From: a virus
IMG/VR virus record: IMGVR_UViG_3300025117_000061
Span: 12,111-76,110 of that record
Length of the DNA stretch: 64,000 nt
Reading direction: 5' to 3' (one strand)
A program made the translations under genes and the position numbers. Below the pieces are notes generated by a model that worked only from the letters and a program-made list of their open reading frames with translations, had not been told where the DNA came from and did not search any database. Positions 18,490 to 27,625 of the stretch are shown in pieces. How positions within the stretch are numbered: position 1 is the first letter of the stretch; every line of letters begins with the position of its first letter.

Positions 18490-18829
18490 GGGTTACTCTC
18501 CTTCCCCTTTTCTGTGATCGTCAACTCCAACTATCCCGACTCCATCCCATGCCACGACTCTCCACGTTCGCGGCATGGCAAAAAGGCGGGAATATTAAAA
18601 GCACGTTGTTCGTCCGCAGTATTCGCAGACGTAGACATTTGTTTGCCATGTCAGGCGCATTTCTATTGGGGTACTGGATTGTCCCGACATTTCCTCCCCC
18701 TGTCGTTTGTCTCGGAGTATCCATTTGTGGTTTCCCGTTCCTGGACTCGTTCGATCTGGCGCTTGGATGCATGGAGTATTCACAATTCATTCCTTTCCGC
18801 CCGCCGAAGCGGGCTTGGTGGGGTGGTTA

Positions 18830-19264
18830 TTACCACTGCGAGTCATGCTCGGCGATAAATTCGGCATCCCGTTTTGTGTCCTCACGCCTCATGTACTCGG
18901 ACAATTCCTTGCGCTCTTTGACAATTCGCCCGTCAAGGCATCGCTCAATCAGGTCTTGGAGCCACACCGTTTTACTCGTAGCTCTCATATGGTAATCGTC
19001 GCGGTAGTTCGACGGGTCGGTCTCAAACTCGTACTGCGCCAAATCGTCGGGCAGGATTCGGACACCAGCAATCTCGATCCAACTCCCCTGATGGCCTACG
19101 TTGCCATATCCATGCTCCATGCTCTCCGAGTGTTCATGGAGATCCGTGATGGCTCTCATGAGGTTGCGGGGGCCTATTTTGTAGGTGTAGTACGTGAGCG
19201 TTTTTCCGCCTATGCTGGCGATTCCATAATGGAAACTGGTTTTGATTTGGATTGTCTTTTTCAT
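18830..19264 (-). CDS. hypothetical early protein
   Basis: GAGAGGGAG SD. Confidence 0.7.
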   Translation of the reverse strand: MKKTIQIKTSFHYGIASIGGKTLTYYTYKIGPRNLMRAITDLHEHSESMEHGYGNVGHQGSWIEIAGVRILPDDLAQYEFETDPSNYRDDYHMRATSKTVWLQDLIERCLDGRIVKERKELSEYMRREDTKRDAEFIAEHDSQW

Positions 19265-19292
19265 GGTCGTTCTCCCTCTCTCGGTGGGTGGG

Positions 19293-19589
19293 TTAATCGG
19301 TGACAACGACGCGGGCCACATGCTCATCATCCCAGGGATACCATTCAGGCTCTCGCGGCTCTCCGTCGCTGTCAACGATATCGTCATCATCAAACAGGTA
19401 GATTTTGAGGCATTGCCGCCCATCGGGGAGCTTTGCGGGCTCTGCCCATTCCTCGGCATATCCTGCGTCGGAGCTGCCATCGAGGACGCGAGAGGTGGGG
19501 TATGCGTTGTCGATGCCCTTAACCGTTGCCGGATTGATTTTACCTACTGCGTGATCGCTGACGTGGTCATAGTGCAGGTTGACGTTCAT
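19293..19589 (-). CDS. hypothetical acidic early protein
   Basis: GAGGGAG SD; AYPTSR...EW...YPWD. Confidence 0.7.
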   Translation of the reverse strand: MNVNLHYDHVSDHAVGKINPATVKGIDNAYPTSRVLDGSSDAGYAEEWAEPAKLPDGRQCLKIYLFDDDDIVDSDGEPREPEWYPWDDEHVARVVVTD

Positions 19590-19689
19590 GTTTGTCTCCC
19601 TCTTGTCTGTGGTTGTCGCTTACTTCGCCTGCCTTCTCCCCGCGCTCCCGGTGTCCAGTCGAGAGCGTAGGGGGAAATCAGGATCTGCG

Positions 19690-20025
19690 TTATTCTTCTT
19701 CTTCGTCGCTCTCATCCAGTTTGGCTGCCTTGGCTTCGGCCATTTTTACGGCGGCGGTCAGGTCAGACGCATAACCATGGATTACCTCGATACTGCCAGG
19801 AGACGAAAGCTCGGCCACCATCCAGGCCGAAGCTGCATGCATACTCGTATCTCCCTCGGGATAGACGGGATAGACGACAATGTCCACGTCGCCCAGGTCG
19901 TCGCCAGTCTCACCGAAATATCTACCCTGGTACGTGGCAGCGTGGCGGTAGTCGCCCAGCTCGTAGCCGGCTCGGTGGAGGTCGGTAAGCGTGGTGCAGT
20001 TCATGATTTTGTCTAGGTGTTTCAT
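19690..20025 (-). CDS. hypothetical acidic early protein
   Basis: GAGGGAG SD; acidic tail. Confidence 0.7.
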   Translation of the reverse strand: MKHLDKIMNCTTLTDLHRAGYELGDYRHAATYQGRYFGETGDDLGDVDIVVYPVYPEGDTSMHAASAWMVAELSSPGSIEVIHGYASDLTAAVKMAEAKAAKLDESDEEEE

Positions 20026-20158
20026 TGTCTTCTCCCTCTCGGTTGTGGTTGCTCTGTGTCTCGTTGTCCGCGTCGCTCTCTCATACTTACGACCCAGCCC
20101 TGCCCGCGAAGGGTTGGGGGCTCGGCCTCTTAATTAGGAGGGTACGTAGTACGGGCTC

Positions 20159-20470
20159 TTAATATCGTCGCCATTGTCCGTCCTGGTACGACTTGGCCCA
20201 CCGTGGGCGCTTGATCGGCTCTACTTCTCGGCGAATGGATACCGTCTCACCGCCGTTCACTAACTGGATGGGGAAGCGCCGGCCGTTGTCGTACAACTCA
20301 TACACCGATCCGCCGAAGCCGCGCACGGTCATCCCTACCCAATCTGGATAGTCAGCCGTTTTACGACCTATCGGCCAGTAATTGCGGTATCTCTCGGGCT
20401 GGAGAAAGTCCTGTTGCCATTCGTCTACAATACAGAGCTGGCCCTTGTGATCGGCTATTGTGTAGGTCAT
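20159..20470 (-). CDS. hypothetical early protein
   Basis: GGGAGGG SD. Confidence 0.7.
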   Translation of the reverse strand: MTYTIADHKGQLCIVDEWQQDFLQPERYRNYWPIGRKTADYPDWVGMTVRGFGGSVYELYDNGRRFPIQLVNGGETVSIRREVEPIKRPRWAKSYQDGQWRRY

Positions 20471-20571
20471 TGTCCATGCCCTCCCGTGTTGTTTGTGGTT
20501 GTCCTCGCCTCATAGCTTCCATGCTGCCCACCGGCGCCGAAGTTCACGGCATACCGATGGGCAGGAGCAGG

Positions 20572-20769
20572 CTAGGAAACGTGGTTGGCAGCGCGAACGA
20601 GATCCCAAAACTTGTCTTCGGCTTGTCGGAATGTCCCGGTGAAAATATGAAGCCCACCATCAGCCTTAACCGTTCCCATTGTTCCGGACTGGATCAGACG
20701 CACTGTTCGCCTCGCATTGGGGTTTTTCCCGTCGGCCAACATTTTCCCGACTGACACTTGTGTTTCCAT
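20572..20769 (-). CDS. hypothetical early protein
   Basis: GGAAGGGG SD. Confidence 0.6.
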   Translation of the reverse strand: METQVSVGKMLADGKNPNARRTVRLIQSGTMGTVKADGGLHIFTGTFRQAEDKFWDLVRAANHVS

Positions 20770-20789
20770 GTGGTCCCCTTCCCTGTGGC

Positions 20790-21119
20790 TTAGGATGCGT
20801 TGAACAACGCTAAAAGCTTGTTGTATCTTGGGTTGTCGTGGTGGAACGATTCATGATGATATTTCATATCCCCGTTCATGATTGTGATGATGCCATATGT
20901 GGAGGAAAGCTCTGCGATATAGGTCCGACCGTCCGATCCATCCACGATACGAGCCTTTGTGACATACGTGAGTTTCTTGACGGCTCCGGTAGTCTGCCGG
21001 GTAGCTCTCTCTCCGCGCTTCGGGTTCTGTTCGATTGCAAACACGGCAGTTACCTTGCGGCTACCGCTCGGCCAATTCTCGATTGTTGCGCTCATTCTCG
21101 GATTCGAATACTCTATCAT
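20790..21119 (-). CDS. hypothetical early protein
   Basis: YSNPR...IENWPSG...RGER...KKLTY...IVDG.DGRTYI. Confidence 0.7.
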   Translation of the reverse strand: MIEYSNPRMSATIENWPSGSRKVTAVFAIEQNPKRGERATRQTTGAVKKLTYVTKARIVDGSDGRTYIAELSSTYGIITIMNGDMKYHHESFHHDNPRYNKLLALFNAS

Positions 21120-21340
21120 GGCGTTTCCCCTTCCTTCTCGGACGTGGTTTTAAGCTCAGTGTCGAAAAAATACAGTCCACCTTGACGCTCCTGCATATCT
21201 GTAAAGTCCAAGTGGGCAGGAACGGAGTCGAACGTGTCCAAATGCACGCAAAAACGGGTTGCTAAAATGCCCACATCGCCTTCGCGTTTTACTACCGTTC
21301 CCGGTCCATACGGGGTGGTTACTCTGGGTCCTGGGCTCAT
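21116..21340 (-). CDS. hypothetical SH3-like small protein
   Basis: RVTTPYGPGTVV...RFCVHLD. Confidence 0.6.
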   Translation of the reverse strand: MSPGPRVTTPYGPGTVVKREGDVGILATRFCVHLDTFDSVPAHLDFTDMQERQGGLYFFDTELKTTSEKEGETP

Positions 21341-21396
21341 AGCTTCCCCTTCCTTTGTCTTGCCCCGAACGTTGGCGCGCCTCGGGGGCTTTCTGG

Positions 21397-21540
21397 TTAA
21401 CCGTTTATCGCGGCATCCAGGACCTTTCTCATTCCGTCCCAGAGTTTCAGGTAAAATTCTTGCGAGCTGCGTTTCGGGAAGAGGCCCAATCTAACAGCCT
21501 CTTTCATGGCTCTCTCTACCATTTCTTGCGTTACTTCCAT
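21397..21540 (-). CDS. 47-aa early protein (not in ORF track)
   Basis: GAGGGG SD; MEVTQEMVERAMKEAVRLGLFPK... Confidence 0.6.
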   Translation of the reverse strand: MEVTQEMVERAMKEAVRLGLFPKRSSQEFYLKLWDGMRKVLDAAING

Positions 21541-21638
21541 TTTATCCCCTCTTCTCTTTGTGGTTGTCGTTGCCCTTGCCCTTGTCCCTGTCTTCGCACT
21601 AGCCCACCACCATGCTTCGGTGATGGGCAGGCGTGAAA

Positions 21639-21845
21639 TTAGGAAGGTTCGTGGCCAGCGGCTCTTAGATTTTTGACCGCCTCATATCCGTTCTTTCCCC
21701 AAGGACGGCCTCCGAGCTTATTCATTTTGATTTCTTCTTGCGTGAGAACAACTGGCGGACCTCCGGTCTCAATCGGTGAGCGCCATTGTCCGTGTGAATA
21801 GCGTAATCCCATTGCCTTTAGCGTTTTTGCGTAGTTTTCAATCAT
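21639..21845 (-). CDS. hypothetical early protein
   Basis: AGGAGAGGG SD. Confidence 0.6.
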   Translation of the reverse strand: MIENYAKTLKAMGLRYSHGQWRSPIETGGPPVVLTQEEIKMNKLGGRPWGKNGYEAVKNLRAAGHEPS

Positions 21846-22132
21846 TGTCCCTCTCCTTTGTGGTTGGTAGTGGTGGGTGTTGCCGATCATCCTTCGGTGC
21901 ATGCCATGATAGATGATTTGTTCGGGCTTGTTCATGGCATCCACGAAAGGATGAGTCAAATATCTCTTTCGTTCGGGCTTGTACTCTTGACCACTGAGGG
22001 CTTGCTTTTGTGTTCACCCGGTCGGCCATGCTGCTAAGCTCTGAAGTCTACCCGCTGATTCGCCGCTTTCTCGGTTTTGGGAGAGGCTTGTTTTCGCGTC
22101 CCGTTTTTGCTTTTCCTCCGTCGTTAGGTAGG

Positions 22133-22161
22133 AAGATAGCACCCCAAAAAACCAATGTCAA
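22133..22161 (-). promoter_or_regulatory. strong sigma70-type promoter driving leftward early array
   Basis: minus strand TTGACA-17 bp-TATCTT with A-rich UP-like tract. Confidence 0.75.
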
Positions 22162-22372
22162 CATTTTTTTGGAGGTTTTTGGGGTTGAAAGTGGGTATTC
22201 GAGTGGGTAGGGTTGTGGGTGCTCTGCTTGGATTGGCTTTGGGGGATGATTTGTGAGGATAAAATACCTTCAAGCTTGCCATTTACCCGATTCGTACTGT
22301 ATCTTGTAAGTGAAAATGAACAATATTCTCCACTTTTTTGACCGTCCTCTAACGCAAAAATGGGAGCCAGCC

Positions 22373-22984
22373 ATGGGAATTATGGGAAGACCACCACTCG
22401 AAAATACCGTGCAGATCGCGGAAATGACGGCTGCCGGTTACTCTCAAAGGGCCATCGCCGCCGAATTGGGGTGTTCCGCGCCTACGGTCAACTACAAGCT
22501 CAAAAAGGCCGAAGTCAAGGCCTTGGTCGAACGCATGGGGCAAGAACTTATCACCAGGTCCGCCGGGTTGCTTGTTGAGAATCACGTCCTCGCCCTCCAG
22601 AAAGCCCATAAGATCCAAGCCAGGCTCGCCAACTCTGAGTCCGAAGAGATCGAAACCGGGGGCGAAGACGACGAGACAGAAGCAGGCAAGCAAGCTGCCA
22701 AACCCAAGAGACACAGGAAGATCCGCTCCGAAGAGTTGTCGGATTCCGAGAAGGTCATTCTGGCTCTCGCCGACAAAAAAGAGTACCGGCTTGGACAGAT
22801 GATGGGGATCTTCCCCTCTCACGCACCTTCCGTATTGGTCCAGAACATATTCCAGGCCGGGAGTGCGGCGGTTCTCCTGCCCAACGTGGCCGCAGCTCTG
22901 GGTCAAGCCGGTATCCAATTCCAGGCGGAACCGGAGCTTCCAGACGAAGACGAGGACGGAGTGATTGACGTTGGGGACGATTGA
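22373..22984 (+). CDS. putative terminase small subunit (N-terminal HTH)
   Basis: GYSQRAIAAELGCSAPTV HTH, helical middle, VQNIF...IDV tail typical of TerS; possible TTGCCA-18-TATCTT promoter at 22276-22305. Confidence 0.55.
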   Translation: MGIMGRPPLENTVQIAEMTAAGYSQRAIAAELGCSAPTVNYKLKKAEVKALVERMGQELITRSAGLLVENHVLALQKAHKIQARLANSESEEIETGGEDDETEAGKQAAKPKRHRKIRSEELSDSEKVILALADKKEYRLGQMMGIFPSHAPSVLVQNIFQAGSAAVLLPNVAAALGQAGIQFQAEPELPDEDEDGVIDVGDD

Positions 22985-23331
22985 GGCATCGTACACTTAC
23001 GGCGGATATGATGCATAGTTGTTATATTGTCGATATGTGTGTGAAAGGTTTAGAATATTCTAAATTGAAAGACTTCCAGGTTTACATAATGCATGTTATC
23101 GGAAGTTACTGAAATCCCGATTTATGCTCCCGACCTCGACTCCATCCTTAAGTGATACCGGGTATCCACCATCCCCGCCGGGTAGAGGACTAGCCCCATG
23201 GGGTAGGGCAGAGACCCATGGGGATGCATGGGGGTGGATGGAGCGGGACGGGCTGGCTCACCTCCGGCACCCTAATCGCCTTCTCATAAACACACGCTCA
23301 CACCCACACACAGACAGAGACTCTTAGATCC

Positions 23332-23550
23332 CTACACCGATACGCTCCCAAAGACTCCTTGAAGGTAATTCAGTAATTCTCCGGCTTTTTTTACGCAAAG
23401 CGGCATAAGGCAGAATGCGGCATGGCTTTGGTGTGTGTCCCCGATGAAGATGCTCCTTCCGAATGGATCTTTAAACGTCAAGTCAATTTGGTAGTACAAA
23501 TCACTCCCGGGCTCGATGGTTTTGCCACAAGATCTACACGTTCTAGTCAT
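23332..23550 (-). CDS. zinc-binding hypothetical protein
   Basis: CRSC...FC..LC; AAGGAG SD. Confidence 0.6.
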   Translation of the reverse strand: MTRTCRSCGKTIEPGSDLYYQIDLTFKDPFGRSIFIGDTHQSHAAFCLMPLCVKKAGELLNYLQGVFGSVSV

Positions 23551-23563
23551 GGTTTCGCTCCTT

Positions 23564-23944
23564 CTACGCTTCGATGATTTGTTTAGCCATGCACTTGACG
23601 ATGATTTCGGTCAGTTTTTCGCTGAGTCGTTCTGCGACCATGTGGAGGATTTGTGTGTCATTGTGTATGTGACGGTCTTCTATGGGGATTTTGAGCTCGA
23701 AGGTTTTCCCGCTCAGGACCAATTTGACCATCAGTATGATTTCTCCCAGCAGAATGTCCCGGTACGCGAAGCCCGAGAAGTCGATGGTTCCCTCCTGTGT
23801 CCTCATTGATCGCAGGATGGAGGTTCTGGCCTTGTCCAGCATCTCCCCATAGAGTCGGATAGAGTCGTCAGTAGGTGCTCGCTTCTCTTCTTTGACGTAT
23901 GGGACGTACTCTTTTGTGGATCTGGTCACATAGGTGTCAAACAT
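23564..23944 (-). CDS. hypothetical phage protein
   Basis: MFD...EKRAPTDDSIRL..EM; AAGGAG SD. Confidence 0.65.
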   Translation of the reverse strand: MFDTYVTRSTKEYVPYVKEEKRAPTDDSIRLYGEMLDKARTSILRSMRTQEGTIDFSGFAYRDILLGEIILMVKLVLSGKTFELKIPIEDRHIHNDTQILHMVAERLSEKLTEIIVKCMAKQIIEA

Positions 23945-23973
23945 GGTCTTTGCTCCTTTGTGATTATGCGTTA

Positions 23974-24438
23974 TCAGGGAGGGCATGGCAGTAGAATCCA
24001 GTGAGTGGGGGAGACTTCGTGGAGGCAGTCGTCATCTTCGGTCCACACGCCATTATGGAATGATGCCCAGGTAGGTCTTGAGTATGTTGGGATGAAGACG
24101 AGGACTAAAGATCCATCTCTTGGTGCAGAGTGTATCGGTAGCCATTTGGGTCCCCCTGTAGTACATGGGTATGGTTCTTTTATTGGGGGTATTGTTGTGT
24201 ACAGCCCTGGTCCATAAGTGCCGTCTTCTGTCCTGGATGTGTTCTGTGTTTTGGTAGCATGGATGAGGGAAAGGATTTCCGTTACAGATTCCATTGCAAG
24301 GACGGATGAGCATGAAAGTAGGATAAAGGATTTGGCGTCAAAACTGGGGAGAGTGGGGGTGATGGAGATAATCTGTGAGATGTTGACGACGAAGTTTCTG
24401 CCTTCGTTTGGTGAGGTAAGTTCGATAAAGCTGTTCAT
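23974..24438 (-). CDS. hypothetical protein with C-terminal DUF551-like domain
   Basis: WLPIHSAPRDG...PTHWILLP. Confidence 0.7.
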   Translation of the reverse strand: MNSFIELTSPNEGRNFVVNISQIISITPTLPSFDAKSFILLSCSSVLAMESVTEILSLIHATKTQNTSRTEDGTYGPGLYTTIPPIKEPYPCTTGGPKWLPIHSAPRDGSLVLVFIPTYSRPTWASFHNGVWTEDDDCLHEVSPTHWILLPCPP

Positions 24439-24628
24439 AATCTTCGCTCCTTGGTGCGGGTTGGTGGTTATCAGGGTTATCGGTTGCCATATCTTATTTT
24501 AGGCAACCAGATTGCCAGTTCAGCGTTGTGTGGTACGGATCTAAGTGATAACCATCTCCATCTTTGGAACCCCTTCAAACTGTGGTTGGGGAGGGTCTTA
24601 ATGTAGCTCTTATAATAAAAGATAGAGG

Positions 24629-24709
24629 GCACCACAAAAAAAGTGGTACGCGGCACCACAAAATAGTTTTTGCTATGGGCCTTCTGGCACCACATTGTTT
24701 GTGGTACGG
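24629..24709. repeat. palindromic iteron-like repeats GCACCAC-N7-GTGGTAC
   Basis: full units 24629-24649 and 24687-24707, half site 24653-24659; another GTGGTACGG at 24530. Confidence 0.65.
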
Positions 24710-25023
24710 TCATCTCGGTACGGTTCATCAATTATCAAGTATCTACAAGCTTTTCTATTCTTTGTCGTCTTAAATTGCAGGTAGCCATTCATCTCTAGTT
24801 CGTGCCGCGCCGATAAAATGGTGTTTGGGTGCATCGCCATGAGGATGCCTAGCTCTTTGTCAGAAAACCTTAGCCATCCATCTTTTTGTTTAGCTCCATT
24901 CCTTGGTCTGTTTCGGAGTCGGCACATGTGGAAGAAAAATAACTGTGCTGATTTTGATTGAAGGACAAACCGATCTTCACCGGCGGATTTGTGCGAGACC
25001 TTAAAGAAGTTATTCTTTGGCAC
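24673..25023 (-). CDS. winged-helix replication-initiator-like protein (possibly frameshifted/truncated)
   Basis: AAGGAG SD before GTG; AQLFFFHMC...W..SDKELG....NTI..AR.EL...GYL wHTH pattern. Confidence 0.55.
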   Translation of the reverse strand: MPKNNFFKVSHKSAGEDRFVLQSKSAQLFFFHMCRLRNRPRNGAKQKDGWLRFSDKELGILMAMHPNTILSARHELEMNGYLQFKTTKNRKACRYLIIDEPYRDDRTTNNVVPEGP

Positions 25024-25222
25024 ATGCCGGCTCCTTGCTCTCGTCCTTGTTCCCGTTCCGCCCTGACTTTGCCATAAACTCATTAAGAGACGCTTGGCTA
25101 ATCCTGACGGTGTGAGAAGAAATCCGGTTCACGGATAACTGACCCGTTCTCATCCAGTAGCGCACGGTTTGGACTGAAACCGACAAGATTTCAGCCACTT
25201 GCTTGTAGGTGTACCATTTCAT
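25010..25222 (-). CDS. excisionase/MerR-like HTH DNA-binding protein
   Basis: YTYKQVAEILSVSVQTVRYWMRTGQL...VRIS. Confidence 0.8.
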   Translation of the reverse strand: MKWYTYKQVAEILSVSVQTVRYWMRTGQLSVNRISSHTVRISQASLNEFMAKSGRNGNKDESKEPACAKE

Positions 25223-25253
25223 TTTGGGCTCTCCGATTTCTGCTTGTATTTTA

Positions 25254-25303
25254 TCTTCCACTATAGTATTAATGCTTATATAGTAGAAGACAAACAATGT
25301 CAA
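25254..25303 (-). promoter_or_regulatory. promoter with overlapping inverted-repeat operator
   Basis: minus strand TTGACA-17-TATAAG; arms TCTTCCACTATA (25254-25265) / TATAGTAGAAGA (25279-25290), 11 of 12 complementary. Confidence 0.5.
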
Positions 25304-25517
25304 CCAAGATGAAGGGATGACCGATGGGTGAATTAGTTAACGGAGAGTATGAACCATGCACGAGAGATCATTGGTGTGAGAATCATTGTCCGCGACGCCT
25401 AGAATCTGAGGGCGGAATGCCGTCATGCGATTGTGACCAGTTTGAGGACGATGAGGAATAAATCATCATCAGGAGACAGAATTAAGTAGAATGTCAACCA
25501 GAGAAAGGAGCGACAAA

Positions 25518-25754
25518 ATGAGCACCAAAGTAGAAGAGATCAAGGCGAAGAAAGAAAGCATGGGATACTATGACAAGCCCCTGTATCATCGCTGCCGGGC
25601 ATGCGTGAACGTCCAGGTCAAGAAGAAAAAGAAGGAAGGCAACTACGGGAATTACTACACGGAGGCTCTTGTGTGTGGTCTCGGCGGATTTCCGGTGAAA
25701 CCGAATTCGTGCTGTTCTGTTTTTGATCTCAAGGTGGGTTACAAGCCGGTGTGA
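25518..25754 (+). CDS. Cys-rich basic hypothetical protein
   Basis: CRAC...C.LGGF.VK...C..F; AAGGAG SD. Confidence 0.65.
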   Translation: MSTKVEEIKAKKESMGYYDKPLYHRCRACVNVQVKKKKKEGNYGNYYTEALVCGLGGFPVKPNSCCSVFDLKVGYKPV

Positions 25755-25887
25755 GACGGGCTCGCCAGTATGTCGAGGTCATGCGCGCCGTACTCGAGGC
25801 GTGAGACGGGGAGCCGGTTGTTGAGATGGCCACGCTGGAATCATGGAAGGCGTCACAAGCAAAGAATGAGGGATAAAAAGGGGAACC

Positions 25888-26322
25888 ATGAGGGGATATT
25901 TTGAGATCGGAATCTATCATACCAAAACAGAGGCAAATGTAGGCACCCTGTGGAGATCTGCGTATCAACTTGGGGCTAGCGGCATCTTCACGATAGGGCG
26001 CAGATACAAGCAACAGGCCAGCGATACTGTTTGTTCCCCACGTCATATACCATTGAGACATTATGTCTCTTTCGAGGAATTCAAAGCATCGCGTCCGGTT
26101 GGGGCCGTATTGGTGGGGGTTGAAATGGGCGGGACTCCGCTAGAGGGGTGTACTCATCCCGCACAAGCTATTTATCTGTTGGGGGCTGAAGACAATGGCC
26201 TTCCAGATTCCGTAGTTCAGCAATGCAATAGGGTGATCTCGTTGTCTTCAGTGAGAGTGAATTCGTACAACGTGGCTGTCGCAGGCTCTATTGTCATGTA
26301 CCACAGGAGTTTTCTGGCATGA
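25888..26322 (+). CDS. TrmH/SpoU family (SPOUT) RNA methyltransferase
   Basis: NVGTLWRSA (motif 1), LLGAEDNGL (motif 2), SYNVAVAGSIVMY (motif 3). Confidence 0.9.
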   Translation: MRGYFEIGIYHTKTEANVGTLWRSAYQLGASGIFTIGRRYKQQASDTVCSPRHIPLRHYVSFEEFKASRPVGAVLVGVEMGGTPLEGCTHPAQAIYLLGAEDNGLPDSVVQQCNRVISLSSVRVNSYNVAVAGSIVMYHRSFLA

Positions 26323-26684
26323 GACTATCGAAGCCGCAGAAGAATCTACTGGAAGAATTGCAAGAAGCAAAGGGCGCATGGTGCGAGTGCATGGGCAGCG
26401 AATACAGGACGGCCAAGGCACTCCAAAACATGGGATTAATCGAGATCAGCGAAGAATGGGGGCCGGTCAAGACACACGATGACCGTTTCGAGGCTCGGTC
26501 TATGGCAGGCCAAATCCTTCAATCCCAGAGCGATCCAACAGTTATTTATGAGATGGGTGAGAACGGTAACCGATGGAGATGCCAGGTTCAGCCCGGTGGG
26601 GTGAATTCAATAACCCAAAAAGAAGCCGCCGAGATTGCGGCCAAGATCGTTGAGGCTCTGAATGAATGGAGGGCCAGCCAATGA
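26319..26684 (+). CDS. hypothetical protein
   Basis: ATGA coupling. Confidence 0.55.
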   Translation: MRLSKPQKNLLEELQEAKGAWCECMGSEYRTAKALQNMGLIEISEEWGPVKTHDDRFEARSMAGQILQSQSDPTVIYEMGENGNRWRCQVQPGGVNSITQKEAAEIAAKIVEALNEWRASQ

Positions 26685-26959
26685 ACGTTGACGTAGTGGC
26701 GATGTTGCAAGGTGTCCACAACGCCAGGGATGCCAAGAAGATCCCCCAAGCCATGCACTCGGCTATTGTTCACGCGATAGTGGCCGTGGCCAAGCCTGGG
26801 CCTGTGCGACGTAGCGAGATAGACTATGGGGTGATGCTCCGGGAAATCGCGGGGGTTGATGGATTCCCGGCGTGTCAATGGGCGGGTCTGTGGCCGTATC
26901 TCGGGAAGTCCATTGCCGAAGGTATTGGCGTTGCAAGTCATGGGCACATTGAGTGTTGA
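26681..26959 (+). CDS. hypothetical protein
   Basis: GGAGGG SD, ATGA coupling. Confidence 0.55.
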   Translation: MNVDVVAMLQGVHNARDAKKIPQAMHSAIVHAIVAVAKPGPVRRSEIDYGVMLREIAGVDGFPACQWAGLWPYLGKSIAEGIGVASHGHIEC

Positions 26960-26966
26960 GACACAA

Positions 26967-27137
26967 ATGATTGAAGTGGTTAAAGATTTTTTGTGGGCAG
27001 CAAAGCATGGCCATTGGTATTTCGGATTTGGAAACTATCCTGGAAAGCCCATGCTATCTTTTCACCGGGTTCAGCATGACGGGCTGTGGATCAACGCATT
27101 GCATATAGGCGCGTTTTGGGTAGAGTGCTCATATTAA
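26967..27137 (+). CDS. small hypothetical protein
   Basis: 56 aa, aromatic-rich. Confidence 0.45.
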   Translation: MIEVVKDFLWAAKHGHWYFGFGNYPGKPMLSFHRVQHDGLWINALHIGAFWVECSY

Positions 27138-27178
27138 AAAAATAGTCAAGGAGGAAAGGGGAGAGGACAAACACGACC

Positions 27179-27385
27179 ATGGAAAATTACAAGTGGGGAA
27201 CCGGCAAGTGGGGCCGCAAGAAGCATCTATGGAGGGGAAGCGGGGACGGAGCTTTTCCTTTTCACGCCGCATGCGATGAGCCGGCCGATGCGGTGTCTGT
27301 GGAGTGGTCGGATACCGAGCCAAGATGTAAGGCATGTTTGCGGTTGATAAGGCGAACGAAGCAGGAGGGGGGACAGGATGAATGA
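27179..27385 (+). CDS. small hypothetical protein
   Basis: H...AC...CKAC pattern; SD. Confidence 0.55.
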   Translation: MENYKWGTGKWGRKKHLWRGSGDGAFPFHAACDEPADAVSVEWSDTEPRCKACLRLIRRTKQEGGQDE

Positions 27386-27412
27386 TTGGGAGAGCCACGA
27401 CAGGAGCAACCC

Positions 27413-27625
27413 ATGAACATCAGAATGACCAAGACCAGGCCGACCAAAAGAGGCGACTACCTGTGCATATTCTCCGGATCGGCTCATCCTGACTATGTGA
27501 GGGTGAGAGAGACAGAGTATGGCCTGTTTGTGTATGGCTACTCGTTTAAGATGCGGCCACTTGAGTTAATCACAGACGCTCTGTGGTCAGAAGAGATCGG
27601 TTTGGAATTTGGGGAGGGGGAGTAA
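27413..27625 (+). CDS. hypothetical protein
   Basis: AGGAG SD; PTKRGDYLC. Confidence 0.6.
   Translation: MNIRMTKTRPTKRGDYLCIFSGSAHPDYVRVRETEYGLFVYGYSFKMRPLELITDALWSEEIGLEFGEGE

Noticed and set aside
18790-21900. Hairpins between early genes as integron attC sites
   Set aside because: No RYYYAAC/GTTRRRY core boxes seen and no integron integrase.
25010-25222. Xis-like gene as evidence of an integrated prophage
   Set aside because: No integrase, att site or host genes in the window; lifestyle cannot be called.
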